The translations under genes were made by a program, and so were the position numbers. The notes beneath the pieces are model-generated. The model saw nothing but the letters and a program-made list of their open reading frames with translations, did no database searches and was not told the origin of the DNA. Of a stretch of 64,000 bases of DNA, positions 12,720-25,436 are shown one piece after another; positions within the stretch are counted from its first letter, which is position 1, and each line of letters starts with the position of its first letter. The DNA lies in NCBI RefSeq assembly GCF_001194135.2, contig NC_069001.1, forward strand, positions 15,864,423 through 15,928,422. The letters are read 5' to 3'. The DNA comes from Octopus bimaculoides (Eukaryota).

Positions 12720-12950
12720 GTGAAAAATAAAAGAAGGGCTTTTGCCCTGTTGGTCGGGCACCTGCGGCTTTTGTGGGGTTTTCCACGAGTAACCTTAAAG
12801 CGCCTTTCCCTATTGGGAGTTTTATTTGTTTTCTCTTTGTTATTTTATTTACACGTTCTAAAACCCTTTGTATCGTCCTGTTTTGTCATTTCATGTTACT
12901 TTTATGTTAGCCCTTGTGGCCAATAAAAGAATTATTATTATTATTATTAT
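12720..12950 (+). mobile_element. 5'-truncated 3' UTR copy related to the Tx1-like LINE
   Basis: Similar to 8940-9135, ending CCCTTGTGGCCAATAAAAGA(ATT)n. Confidence 0.6.
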
Positions 12951-14322
12951 TATAAAATAAGTACCAGTTGAACACTGAGATCGATGTAATCGACTCACCC
13001 CCTTCCCTTGTAACAAAATTTGAAACTATCATTATTTATCCCGCCTCTCCAAATTCTGAGTTCAAATCCAGTCAAGGTCGACTTTGCCTTTCATCCTTTA
13101 GGGATCGTTAAAATAAGTACCAGTTGAACAAGTGAGATCGATGCATTCGGCGAGCCCTCTCCCACGAAATTTCCGACCTTGCCCCTAGAGTAGAAAGGAT
13201 TATTATAATTATTGTACTGAAACTTCCACAGATATCCCAATTCAGAAATACTGCGGCTGCTACCTTTGCAGTTGTTTCATTCCCACATCGGCTTCCACAT
13301 TAATGACATTCTCGCCGTGACCATCACGCCGATTTTTTTTCTTTTTCTTTCTTTCTTTCATTTTTTTGTATATCCATAATTACATTGTCTCGTGTGTCCT
13401 AAGCTTGATTATTAGGAAATTTAGCTGTCAAAGCAAATCGAATCACAACATAATCCCTGACGCTGCTATTAGTATTGTCAAACACTAACATACAGCACCT
13501 CTCGAGAAGATCAAAGGCTTTTCAGCTGTGACCATTCTGTCTTCCGTTTTTCAAACATATTATATCGAGGACTACATTTTCAAATGTATCCTTTTTATGT
13601 TTTTAAGATGTTAGTGTGTAGCTATGAGATGAATTTGGATGCTAAATTCAGTCAGATATGCCACTCAATGGAGACTTCATCATTGGTTGTTGGTGTAACC
13701 GCAAATAACTATTGTTAGTAGTGGTGGTTATATACACACCTTCAAGGTTAATTTATAATTACAAAAAAATAATTAACTAAAGATTATACATCATGAGTTA
13801 ATTGGCGACCGATTAATTTGAAATAAAAGAATTCTAAAAACGCAAGTGTGATTCTTAGAAGCGAGATGAATAGACTGCACGTTTCTACATACATACAAAC
13901 AAACAAACAGACAGACACAACACGCATACATATATTTATGGATAGATAGATAGACAGACAGATAGATAGATATAGACAATACATACATGCAGTATGCGTG
14001 ACTAATATAAGTATATATGACTAATATATATATATATATATATATATTATATGGATATATATATTAGTCACCGATATTAGTATCGACGTGCGGGTCCTAT
14101 ATATCTATAAATTTACATCATCAGAAATTAACGGGGACTTTATCAATATACACCCACTTTATTCTCAACATCTAATAATATATTACTTTTCCCGTTAAAT
14201 AAACCATATGGTTTATCACAACTTGGTATTGTTTCATTGAGAAGAAGTGAAAATAAAAAGTTTAATTAAATGACATAGAGACAAAATAATTAATGTTTAT
14301 AAAACAGCAAATATTTAGTTAC

Positions 14323-14418
14323 CTGTCCAATAAGTAATCCTATGTGCCAGCTTCCTAAAGACGATAGTTTTTCTAAATATTTCTGGACATGTTCGTCAAC
14401 TAATATCGTCCTGCCCAT
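14323..14418 (-). CDS. ODR4: ODR4 homolog, first coding exon
   Basis: ATG at 14418, 96 nt, MGRTILVDEHVQKYLEKLSSLGSWHIGLLIGQ then GTAAC donor. Matches, from recall, human MGRTYIVEETVGQYLSNINLQGKAFVSGLLIGQ. Phase 0 joins exon 2320-2487 across an 11.8 kb intron. Confidence 0.9.
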
Positions 14419-14999
14419 TTTTGTGTTAATTACAATAAAACACGTTTCCTCCTGCTCAACACGTCACAAACTGAAACTGGCATTTACTACAACACTACTT
14501 ACCTCCCTTGCTTATACCTTTTTTATTTTGTTTTCCCTTTACCAACCAATGTTGATGGTGGTGGGGGTACCTTGCACGACGTTCTTTTATTCTTCTATTG
14601 CTTTTATTTATTTTATCTATTTCAGTCATTAGGACACCACCTAGAATGGTTTTTATCATCGTCTTCATCATCATCATTAAATATCTGTTTTCATTGCTGT
14701 CATGGGTTGGCTGGTTTGACAGGATCCAACAAGCCGCAGAGCTGCATCAGGCTCCCGATATCAACTTTGGCATGGATTCTATAGCTGGATACCCTTCCTA
14801 ACACCAACTACTTCACAGTGTGTACTGCAAGATTTTTTTGGTGACACTGACACTAGGGATCATTTCTGGGTTCCTCTTGGATTGGACAATAAGCGTAAAC
14901 CAGTGTGTAGTGAAACTACCTCCCGCCATTAGATACAAACTACTATCGCCATTACATACAATCTTCTCATTTAAATATAAATAAATGCGAGCGTAGTAG

Positions 15000-15200
15000 A
15001 GAACCCATTCCTTGTCATCACGTGACTGATTATTATTCGAATCGGCAACTTCTTCGAACCGTTCCCGCCAGAACGCAAACTGACCAATCACAGCCCTTAA
15101 TAAGGTCACGTGATAGAGTATATTTCTGATATCTGGTGAGCCGATAATTCGCTATAAATAGATCAACTCATACCGAACAAATTTGTCTCGGTCCAGTTTC
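15000..15200. promoter_or_regulatory. Putative ODR4 promoter, possibly bidirectional
   Basis: CpG-retaining region ~600 bp upstream of the ODR4 ATG with two GTCACGTGA E-boxes (15018-15026 on -, 15105-15113 on +), CCAAT at 15084-15088 and TATAAATA at 15153-15160 on +. Confidence 0.55.
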
Positions 15201-16039
15201 TCTTTGAGATCTGTTCCGTGTACNNNNNNNNNNNNNNNNNNNNNNNNNNNNNNNNNNNNNNNNNNNNNNNNNNNNNNNNNNNNNNNNNNNNNNNNNNNNN
15301 NNNNNNNNNNNNNNNNNNNNNNNNNNNNNNNNNNNNNNNNNNNNNNNNNNNNNNNNNNNNNNNNNNNNNNNNNNNNNNNNNNNNNNNNNNNNNNNNNNNN
15401 NNNNNNNNNNNNNNNNNNNNNNNNNNNNNNNNNNNNNNNNNNNNNNNNNNNNNNNNNNNNNNNNNNNNNNNNNNNNNNNNNNNNNNNNNNNNNNNNNNNN
15501 NNNNNNNNNNNNNNNNNNNNNNNNNNNNNNNNNNNNNNNNNNNNNNNNNNNNNNNNNNNNNNNNNNNNNNNNNNNNNNNNNNNNNNNNNNNNNNNNNNNN
15601 NNNNNNNNNNNNNNNNNNNNNNNNNNNNNNAACTTCACATACAGAACTTTTCCTAGAGTGTACTAAAGAACTGGTATAATTGCTCACGTGTTATTGACTC
15701 TCTTTCTATCTGCTGTAATATTTCACATACACATACATGTATCACTCACATACACACTTTTCTTTGTACGACGGCCTGTCTTTGATTATGTTATTATATG
15801 TCGCATTCACACTCACACACAGACATACATCTTTAACGCCATAATAAATATCTCTGTTATTCATTTAATACGGTTGTGGTCTTTCATTACTGGTCATCTA
15901 TGTTATCGTCGTATAATATATCATGTATACCATCCATTGATATATATAATTATGTGTTCGACCGTGTGACACGTTTAAATAAAAGGAGTCCTCTGTTTTT
16001 CCATCCGTCACCATTTCTCCTTTTTGAGTTCGCACGGTC

Positions 16040-17024
16040 GTCCTTACAAGTGTCAATGGTGGTTCCAGAAATTCTGAGCTGGAAACTACAACTTAGAAGA
16101 CAAGCTTCATCCTGGAAGATCTGTAGAGCTTGACAAGGAAATCCTGCAAACCCTGGTAGAACAAAATCTCATCGTAACTGGTGAGGAACTAGCAGAGAAG
16201 CTTGGATTTGGTCATTCAACCATTCATCGATACTTGCGTGCCACCAGAAAAATCAGCAAATTAGATCAATGTGTTCCTAACAAACTTCCTGAGTCTAATT
16301 GCGTGCAGAAAATGAATGTGTTCTCTTTGCTGTCACATCTCATGAATGAACCGTTTTTGGACCGAATATTTACTGATGACAAGAAATGGGTTCTCTATAA
16401 AAATGTCAAGCGCTGAAGACAGTGGGTAGGGAAAGGTGAAACACCCGCATTCCAGGCTAAAGAAGGTCTTCACCCACATATGGTGTTGTTATCTGTTTGG
16501 TGGGATATGAATGGTTTAGTCCACTTTGAACTTTTAAACCCAAACCAAACGATAACAAAGGAGATCTACTGTGAGTAACTGGAGCGACTTAAGTCAGTGC
16601 TAGAAGAAAAATGACCACCTTTGGTTTCAAGACGAAAGGTGTTATTCCATCAGGATAATGCTCAACCACATAGAGTGAGGATGACATTCCAAAGGCTGGA
16701 GCAGTTTCAATGAGAAACGATGCTCCCCACCTCCACCATATTCACCAGATATTGCCCCATCTGATTATCATTTATTCCGCAGTCTTCAAAATCATTTGGA
16801 TGTAAAAAAATATGAGATCAGAACACTACTGGAGGAGTATTTTTCACCACAGACAAGTGAATTTTGGAAAGGGGCGGGGAGCTTTTAAGTCTACCAGATA
16901 GATAGAAAAGCATTGTAGAAAATGAAGGAGAGTATAGTTTAAATTAAAAAAGAACTTTGTTTATTTTAATTTTGAAAAAATAAAAGTATTAAAAAAACTG
17001 CATTATTTATGGGATGACCCAGTA
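16040..17024 (+). mobile_element. Mariner (D,D34D) transposase pseudogene, 5'-truncated, with right TIR
   Basis: WFQKF...LEDKLHPGRS, WVP-equivalent CVPNKL, RIFTDDKKW, HQDNAQPH and YSPDIAPSDY motifs with stops and frameshifts. Right end CATTATTTATGGGATGACCCAGTA. Confidence 0.92.
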
Positions 17025-17642
17025 TTAAAACAGACAGTAAATGTTGTCAGGCTGCTTAGCTTAATGGCACAGATGGTATCTGAGAAGTACAGGGTTCAAT
17101 TCTCTGTAGATTTCTGCAATTTTTTCCTGTCTTCTTGGGGTAATTATCCAGTTTTCTAGCTTATTTTCACAGCTATCCTGTTCAAAATTTACTCTATTTT
17201 CTGTAAAATATATATATATATATTATTTTAAACTTGAGTATGCATCTGATAGCATGTCATAAACATTGTGGATATATGTGCCACTGAATATGAAAAGTCA
17301 CCTCACAATTGAATGATACTCCAGAATCTCACCTGCAAGAGACCAATGCATGATGGGTCAAAATGATCCTTGTGATTAATAAAGAATTTTTGGAATTCCA
17401 TTTTCTCTTTCTCTCATTTGTTATATATATTCTTTTACTTGTTCCAGTCATTTGACTGTGGTCATGCTGGAGCACTGCCTTTTAGTTAAAGAAATAAACA
17501 CCTGGACTTACTCTTTGTAAGCCTGGCACTTATTCTGTCAGTCTCTTATGCCAAACTGCTAAGTTATGGGGATGTAAACACACCAGCATTGGTTGTCAAG
17601 CAATGGTAGTGGGGATAAACACAGACACAAACACACATAAAT

Positions 17643-17704
<62 letters not shown>

Positions 17705-17995
17705 GGCTTCTTTCAGTTTTTGTCCATCAAATCCATCACAACAGGTTGTCAAGCAGTGATGGGGGACAAACACAGACATGGCTAGATTGCTAGCCCTGTC
17801 GAAGAGAGTAGGCTCGAAAGGAAAAAGACTTTCTCACTTCCTGAGTGTTAAACTAATGCATCTGTTTGTTGTTTACACACCCATCTTCGTCTTTTGTAAA
17901 TTCTCACTATATATATATATATATNNNNNNNNNNNNNNNNNNNNNNNNNNNNNNNNNNNNNNNNNNNNNNNNNNNNNNNNNNAACACACATAAAT

Positions 17996-18080
<85 letters not shown>

Positions 18081-19101
18081 AACGATGGTCCTCTTCCAGT
18101 TTCTGTCTACCAAACCCACTCACAAGGCTTTGGTTGGCTTGAGGCTATAGAAGACATTTCCCCAATGTGTCACACAGTGGGACTGAACCTGGAACCATGT
18201 GGTTAGGAAGCAACCTTCTTACCACACAGCCATGCTGGCATTTATACAGTTTTAATATTTCAGCAGGCAGTTAGAAAAGTTTTACCAATTACTAAATTCT
18301 TCAGGGTCTGAAAATGTTCAAAAACTGAAACACACACACACAAATATCACCCTGGCCAATAAATGGTAAAATAATTAAGAATGGAAATGAAAATAGGTTC
18401 ATTAATAAAACACACTTTAAACGAGATACTTATGATTTTTTAAAACTTTATTATTTTAACATAAAATAGCCAGAAAATGTTATTCAATGGAAGATAATAA
18501 ATCTTTGGTTTCATAGTTTCACATGTCTTCAAGACATTTTATTAATAAAGTCTGTAGGTTTTATTACAAAATTTCATTTTTAATTTCCTGGAGTTTATTA
18601 GCAGCTAATTTCAAGATCTCAGAAAACAAAATGAGATTGAAATAGGATCAATGGAATATATAAGCAAACTCTAAAATATTTTTATATTTTTGTGTTAAAA
18701 TGTTACTTTTACAAGTAAGTGGGCACCATAAGTTTAGAACTTTTGAGAAGATTTTTGAATTATTGATATTTGAAAAGTTTTAAAACCAAAATTCATAATC
18801 AGTACATAAATTTGATGAAATTAGTCAATTCAGAAAACAGATTATAAAAATTTACTTTAAATTTATCATCATCATTTTAACATCCACTTCTCTATGCTTA
18901 CATGGGTCAGATGGAATTTGTTGGGGCAGATTTTCGACAGCTGGATGCCCTTCATGTCATCAGCCCTCACCTGTTTCATAGCAAGGTAATAAATTCCACA
19001 TGACCAGACATGTTTTCACAGAAGATTGAAAACAAACAACATCCCTTGCATGATGATTATGCATATTTAGAAACATCACAGGTCAAGACAATGGTACACA
19101 T

Positions 19102-19155
<54 letters not shown>

Positions 19156-21633
19156 ATGGTCTTAAATTTTACAACCACAAATTTGTTCAAATTCATGGTT
19201 CCAGGTGAATCCATAGCATTTTGGTAACATTATGCTAAAAGTAATACTATAGATGTTTGTTATCTCCAGAATCATTCACAACTTCAGAGGTCAACCAAGA
19301 AATGACTATAGCTAAGATCAAGCAGAGTGTAGTGATGCATAATCTTATGTTGGTTGTAATGTTATAAACAAAGCAGTGAGCAGACAGAATCATTAGCACA
19401 TCGGACAAACTACTAAGCAGCATTTCTTTTGGCTCTTTATGTTATGAGCTCAAAATTCTACAAAGGTTAACTTTGCCTTTCATCCTTTCAGGGTTGATGA
19501 AATGTGGGATTGATGTAATAAACTTGCCCCTCCCCTCAAAAATTGCTGGCCTTGAACCTTGCAATTAACTGGTGTCCCATTCAGGAGGAATGCTGTAATT
19601 TCAGTTACTTATACACCGTGGAAACTGGGTTAAATTTCAGCTTTAGAAGTCCTGGAGCTGAAGGTAAAAAAAAATGTTTGTAACAAGAATCATTGACAGA
19701 CCTTCAGAGGCCAATCACCAAATGACTGTAGTTGATATTAAGCACTGTGTGGGCATGCACAATAAACTTAGGCTCATCAGCAGCAACAGTTCACTAACGA
19801 CTCTGGAGATTTACACTAAATGGGTACCTCCCTTGCAACATGCTATTTGCTTCCCTCAAGAACTGAAAAATGCTCCCTAGAATTGCCAGGGCTCTCACAG
19901 ACTGGACCTATACCGAACAGAGACTGCAAAGTTAACAAACAAATCCAAGTTTAATTGGTTCAAATCTAATGGCAGGTTGTAAGACATTGTTCCTGGTGAG
20001 GAACTGAATTGCAGTTGTCTTTAAAATATTGATGAGAAATGTGTGAGTAATATCAAGTCAACAGGAGTTTACTTGGTTCAAGACTGTAATCCTATGAGAT
20101 CAACATGGATTATCAAAGGTATTGTGAAAGACATCCTTTTTTGTCTCATTCCAGTGATCATTATCCATCTAACTAGATCCCAATACATAACAACAATTCC
20201 AAATACACAGCAAGTCATTTCTGCTCAAGGTTAAACAAAAAAAATTTCAGCAAAGGGCCAGCAATTTTAGGGGAGGGGTAGGTGTATAACATCAACCACA
20301 GTACTCAACTGCTTAGTTTTTGTTAGTTTGGCTCTTCTCCCAGATGTCAATGATTTCATGTGAGCACACCATCCATCACAAACCCCCTTGCACCTTCATA
20401 ATTCATCAACATTTGCCATTCCACCGTCTGAAGCAAGTTTCCCTGTGTAGGTTAGACATTTCTGTTGATTCTTCCTTCAACTGAATACCATAAGACCAGT
20501 TGACACACAAGTTCTTCAGGGTGCCTGACGCCAATGATCAGCAATTCTCATTCTTTTCTGTCAAATCTTCTCAGTCACTTTGGGTAGATCTTAATAAAGC
20601 TGCTCTTTGGTTAAATAAGCTCTCCATGTAACATTCAGAAAAATTCTTAACATTCTTGTGTAGCAACCATATATCTGTTTTTCAACTGGTACTTATTTAT
20701 TCAACCCCCAGAAGGATGAAAGGTACAGTGGTCCTCAGTGGAATTTGAACACAGAACATAAAGAGCCGGAAGAAATATGACTAAGCATTTTGTCTGACAT
20801 GGTAACAATTCTGCCAGCTAGTTACCTTGGTGTAAGAAAAAGAAAAAAAGAAAAAAAAAACCCCCAGCATCTTGGCCTTCTTAGACTAACCAAGAATTTC
20901 TAGAAAGTAAGTCATAACACATCAAAGCTTAGAACCAATCTAATCAACAGTGTAATCAGAGATTCACAGAGATGAGCACCTAATTCTATTTAATACTGTT
21001 TAATCAAGTCGCTGTATCAGAGAGAGTGATAAAAAAAAAAATGTATACTGTGAATACATTTGACTCAATAGCAAACCAGTTTGTGCTAATAGTCCTTTTT
21101 GGTTTTAAATACATTAGTGCTTTGACTTTTACATGCAGAATGATGAAAAATAATATATATCTGTAAATGAGGGCTCATTGAAAATAAAGGATATTAAAAA
21201 AAAATTTTCTAAAGGGATATTAAATAATACTGGTTTGGTTCAACTTTTTACTTAACACACCATAAAATTACCATCATTTCCAGCATTCAAGTTGAATTTT
21301 TCAGATCAAAATTTACAGCTAAAAGCAGTATGATGACTTAAATACTAAGTCAGCTTTGGAGGATGAAAAGTTCCACATGAAATGCAACAAGATTTGTGAA
21401 GATAGAGACTATGTCTGAATGCTTACACTAAATACTACTTTAACTTGTTAGCTGGAAAATACAGTATGTAATTAAAAATCTGCTGAATGGTTCTAAATAT
21501 ATGATCGCTGCCACTATGTTTTATTACATAAAGTGCTTTGAACTATAAATTTAGTCAAAGCACCTCACCAGCAGTAAAAAGAAACAACAACAATTTAATT
21601 ACAAGTCTTCAGTTACTTCAAACATATGTTTAA

Positions 21634-22246
21634 CCCTTTAGCATTTAAACCAGTCATATCCAGCCAAAATAATCTGTTTTATCTTCAAACTGACCAAATC
21701 TGGCCTCTCCCACCTATCCTAAAATATTATTCTAAAAATAAATATTCACATTATTGAAATCTCAAAGCTACAAGGTAATGCATGACTACCGTAAATCCTT
21801 GAGTATAATCCGCAGGGGATTTTTAGGGGGCTGTACCTCTGAAAAACCTAAACCTTGTGTATAATATGCACCCCTTCTCTAAATTGATTCAAGGAAGTCT
21901 ATATAACGTCTTTGCTTTGTAAACATATATACGGTAACGTCCTTTATCATTATTGTATATATTACATAATGCAAACGTGTAGCTTTTTTGTGCACTTTGT
22001 TTGCAGAAAATAAAGAAATAACAGTAATAAAGTCAGTGAAAAATAAATATTAAGTAAATTGCCTTTTACATATTTATCACTTAGAAAATATTTTTCATTT
22101 TTAACCTCGTATATAGTACGCACTAGAAATGTTGAACCTTAAATTTTGGGAAAAAAGTGCTGATTATACTAGAGGATTTACAATAATTCATATCAATGTG
22201 AATATATAAGCATTACATTTGACAGAGAAATGTGAATGTTAAAGGG
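21634..22246. mobile_element. piggyBac-like MITE (TTAA TSD, CCCTTTAGCATT termini) carrying a nested insertion
   Basis: TTAA|CCCTTTAGCATT...AATGTTAAAGGG|TTAA. Empty relatives at ~29984-30197, 47515-47747, 48762-48920 and 52250-52477. Confidence 0.7.
21789..22183. mobile_element. Tc1/mariner-superfamily (Tc2-like) MITE nested in the piggyBac-like MITE
   Basis: TA|CCGTAAATCCTTGAGTATAATC ... GATTATACTAGAGGATTTACAA|TA, a 22-bp imperfect TIR with TA on both sides. Confidence 0.7.
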
Positions 22247-22601
22247 TTAAACATCTCTACTTTCAAATACAAAGTCTTTTTTTTTTGTTTTCACATTAGA
22301 AATAAGGCCTTCCACAACAAGAGGAGGTTATAACCAATAAAACCATCACTTAGCTAGCACTGAGATTTGTTTTACCAATGCCTAAGTGATAAAAGGCAAA
22401 GACCATCTGTCCTAGTAAGATTTAGACATCACAGCAGTGAAACATTAAATATCTAGTTCAGTCTTGAGCAAACGGTGACACTTTCTGAATGTCATGCCCA
22501 ATAAGAAATTACTTCGACTATTTTTTAATAGTGTGGCCCACCAGATGATGACCCATGACTCAGGCGGTCCACTTCTCAAAAAAGGATACCCATCTCCAAT
22601 C

Positions 22602-22732
22602 TACAGGGTGTCCACAAAGTCTGGGTACATGGGGATTAACACATACTTTAAGGAATTATTATTTCTTATATTTAATTGTTTATGTTATGATTTTATTTAC
22701 TCCATGTACCCAGACTTTGTGGACACCCTGTA
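22602..22732. mobile_element. 131-bp Tc1/mariner-type MITE with perfect TIRs
   Basis: TACAGGGTGTCCACAAAGTCTGGGTACATGG is exactly inverted at the other end (31 bp including TA). Confidence 0.85.
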
Positions 22733-22757
22733 TATTATCAACATATTGAGTTGAGCA

Positions 22758-22792
<35 letters not shown>

Positions 22793-24731
22793 AAAGTTGC
22801 TCGACCAGGTAAAAACAACAGCCAAATCTCGATCTGTTGTCTTACAAAAAGGAAGGCTACATTGAACAATGTAATCTCCAACATACAACAAAAGACAAGA
22901 TTGTCACAAAATACTTATGATCATAAGTTGACTGGATCACAGCTCACTTGGCACTAAACAAGAACAAAATTCTTAGTCAACTGCAAGTACCCTACACATT
23001 TATAACAAAGTCAATTCTGTCATCTGAGCTGACCCAAATATAACACTGGTATTTTAGAAATAACCCCAAATAGAGGGAATATAAGCAGATTGCAGCAGGA
23101 ATACAACTAAAATTATTGAAAGTACAATACCATAAAAGTGTCTAGTTTTAGAATCTACGAGATTTACCAATTCTACAGCCCTATATTCTTCGACAAGTTT
23201 CAGTTACTTGACTGTGGACATAATGGGGCATAAACTTTGTGGGCATTGGTCAATTGTAGTGACCCAGTACTTTATCTGTGCCAATATTACAATGAAAGAT
23301 TGAGGTTCACCCGAGTTACGTCCCCTCGGAAAGTTACTTCCCTGTAACGGGATCAAATACCTGGCGGTAATTTACATTATTATACAAGACATTTTACACG
23401 TAGTTTGGTAGTGCAAAAAAGATAAACAGAACTCAGTACGTGTTTATAGTCTGATGAAGGTTAGCAAGCCAAGACTTCAAAGTCACTGTCACCCTCCCTC
23501 TAGTAAAAGCTTAATAAACGTACTTTACTAAAAAAAAAAAAAGTTTATATTTTAATGTTAAATTTAATTTATAACGACTCGACATAAACACACACACATA
23601 CACACACGGTGGGTCAAAAGTCACACACAGAATAAGTTCAATACGCCCTGGAATTGTCAAAGACCTGCTTCAATTCTCCTAAAACTGAATAAAATAGATA
23701 AAATGATGAATTCACACATACTTGTACATGAACAAAAATGAAAAATAATGATTACAAATTTTAGCACAAGGCCAGCAATTTCAGGGAGGAGTAAGTTGAT
23801 TACACATACCCCAGTGCTTAACTGATACTTATTTTATCGACCCTGAAAGGACGAAGGTTAAGTTGACCTCAGTGGAATTTGAACTCAGAACGTAAAGACA
23901 GATGAAATGCAGCTAAGCATCTTACCCAGCATGCCAACAATTCTGCCAGCTTAGTCTAAATGATAATGATTTCAAATTTTGGTGCAAGGCCAGCATTTTC
24001 AGGGGAGGGGGTAAGTTGATTACATTGACCCCAGTGCTCAACTGGTACTTATTTTATCAACCCCAAAAGGATGGAAGGTTTAAAAAAAATCAACCTCAGA
24101 TGAAATGCCACTAAGCATTTGCCTGGCCTGCTGACAATTCTGCCAGCTTGTGGCCTTAATAACAACAACAACAACATAATATAAATAAAATGTCAGGTTT
24201 TGGTGTGTGACCTTTGCAACCACCCCTCCTCACTATATACATGTATATTATATAAAAACACATACACACTTGCCCATCATATGATTGGTAATGTTCAGAA
24301 CACACTTTTGTCACCACAAGTATTATCAGGAAACATAGCACACACACAATGACCTAACTTTTATCAAATTTCTTACTGATTATACAAAATTATGAAATGA
24401 ATACTACTTTTCAAAAGAAAAGTATTTACTAGTCATTTATTCCTTCATCTCGAGGAATCTCTCTCATGTACTATGTGTGTAGCATTCTGTTACTCAGTGC
24501 CAGTCACCAAGCCTAGTATGTGCACTCCTTAACTCTCTGTATCTCTTTTACTTTCTCTCCTTATCTCCATATGATGTAAAAAGAGAGAAAACAGACAGCT
24601 TCTGACAAAGCAGCAAGTTCAATAAAACCTTTATATTTTAGGTGCAAAGGCCCATCTTCAGAAGAAAAGAATACTCTAAGCAAAGTCCAGTTATACAGGA
24701 TCCATTAACCCATTCAAATTGTATGTGTATG

Positions 24732-24792
<61 letters not shown>

Positions 24793-25397
24793 CATATATA
24801 TATAAATTTGACCAGAGTACTATGCTGTGGCACTGAACCTAAAACTATGTAGTTGTAAAGCAATCCTCTAATTCACACAGCCATGCCTACACCAGGGNNN
24901 NNNNNNNNNNNNNNNNNNNNNNNNNNNNNNNNNNNNNNNNNNNNNNNNNNNNNNNNNNNNNNNNNNNNNNNNNNNNNNNNNNNNNNNNNNNNNNNNNNNN
25001 NNNNNNNNNNNNNNNNNNNNNNNNNNNNNNNNNNNNNNNNNNNNNNNNNNNNNNNNNNNNNNNNNNNNNNNNNNNNNNNNNNNNNNNNNNNNNNNNNNNN
25101 NNNNNNNNNNNNNNNNNNNNNNNNNNNNNNNNNNNNNNNNNNNNNNNNNNNNNNNNNNNNNNNNNNNNNNNNNNNNNNNNNNNNNNNNNNNNNNNNNNNN
25201 NNNNNNNNNNNNNNNNNNNNNNNNNNNNNNNNNNNNNNNNNNNNNNNNNNNNNNNNNNNNNNNNNNNNNNNNNNNNNNNNNNNNNNNNNNNNNNNNNNNN
25301 NNNNNNNNNNNNNNNNNNNNNNNNNNNNNNNNNNNNNNNNNNNNNNNNNNNNNNNNNNNNNNNNNNNNNNNNNNNNNNNNNNNNNNNNNNNNNNNNN

Positions 25398-25436
<39 letters not shown>

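Noticed and set aside
15175-15223. Resemblance to the U5 snRNA 5' end (TTTCTCTT..AGATC)
   Set aside because: Only a short match; the conserved loop I sequence is absent before the gap.
17570-18110. Duplicated microsatellite-containing SINE segment around a gap
   Set aside because: Most likely redundant contig ends on either side of the 17925-17982 gap.
23445-23490. CTGATGAAGGTTAGCAAGCC as another hammerhead
   Set aside because: It is followed by AAGAC rather than GAAAC and has no stem I pairing.
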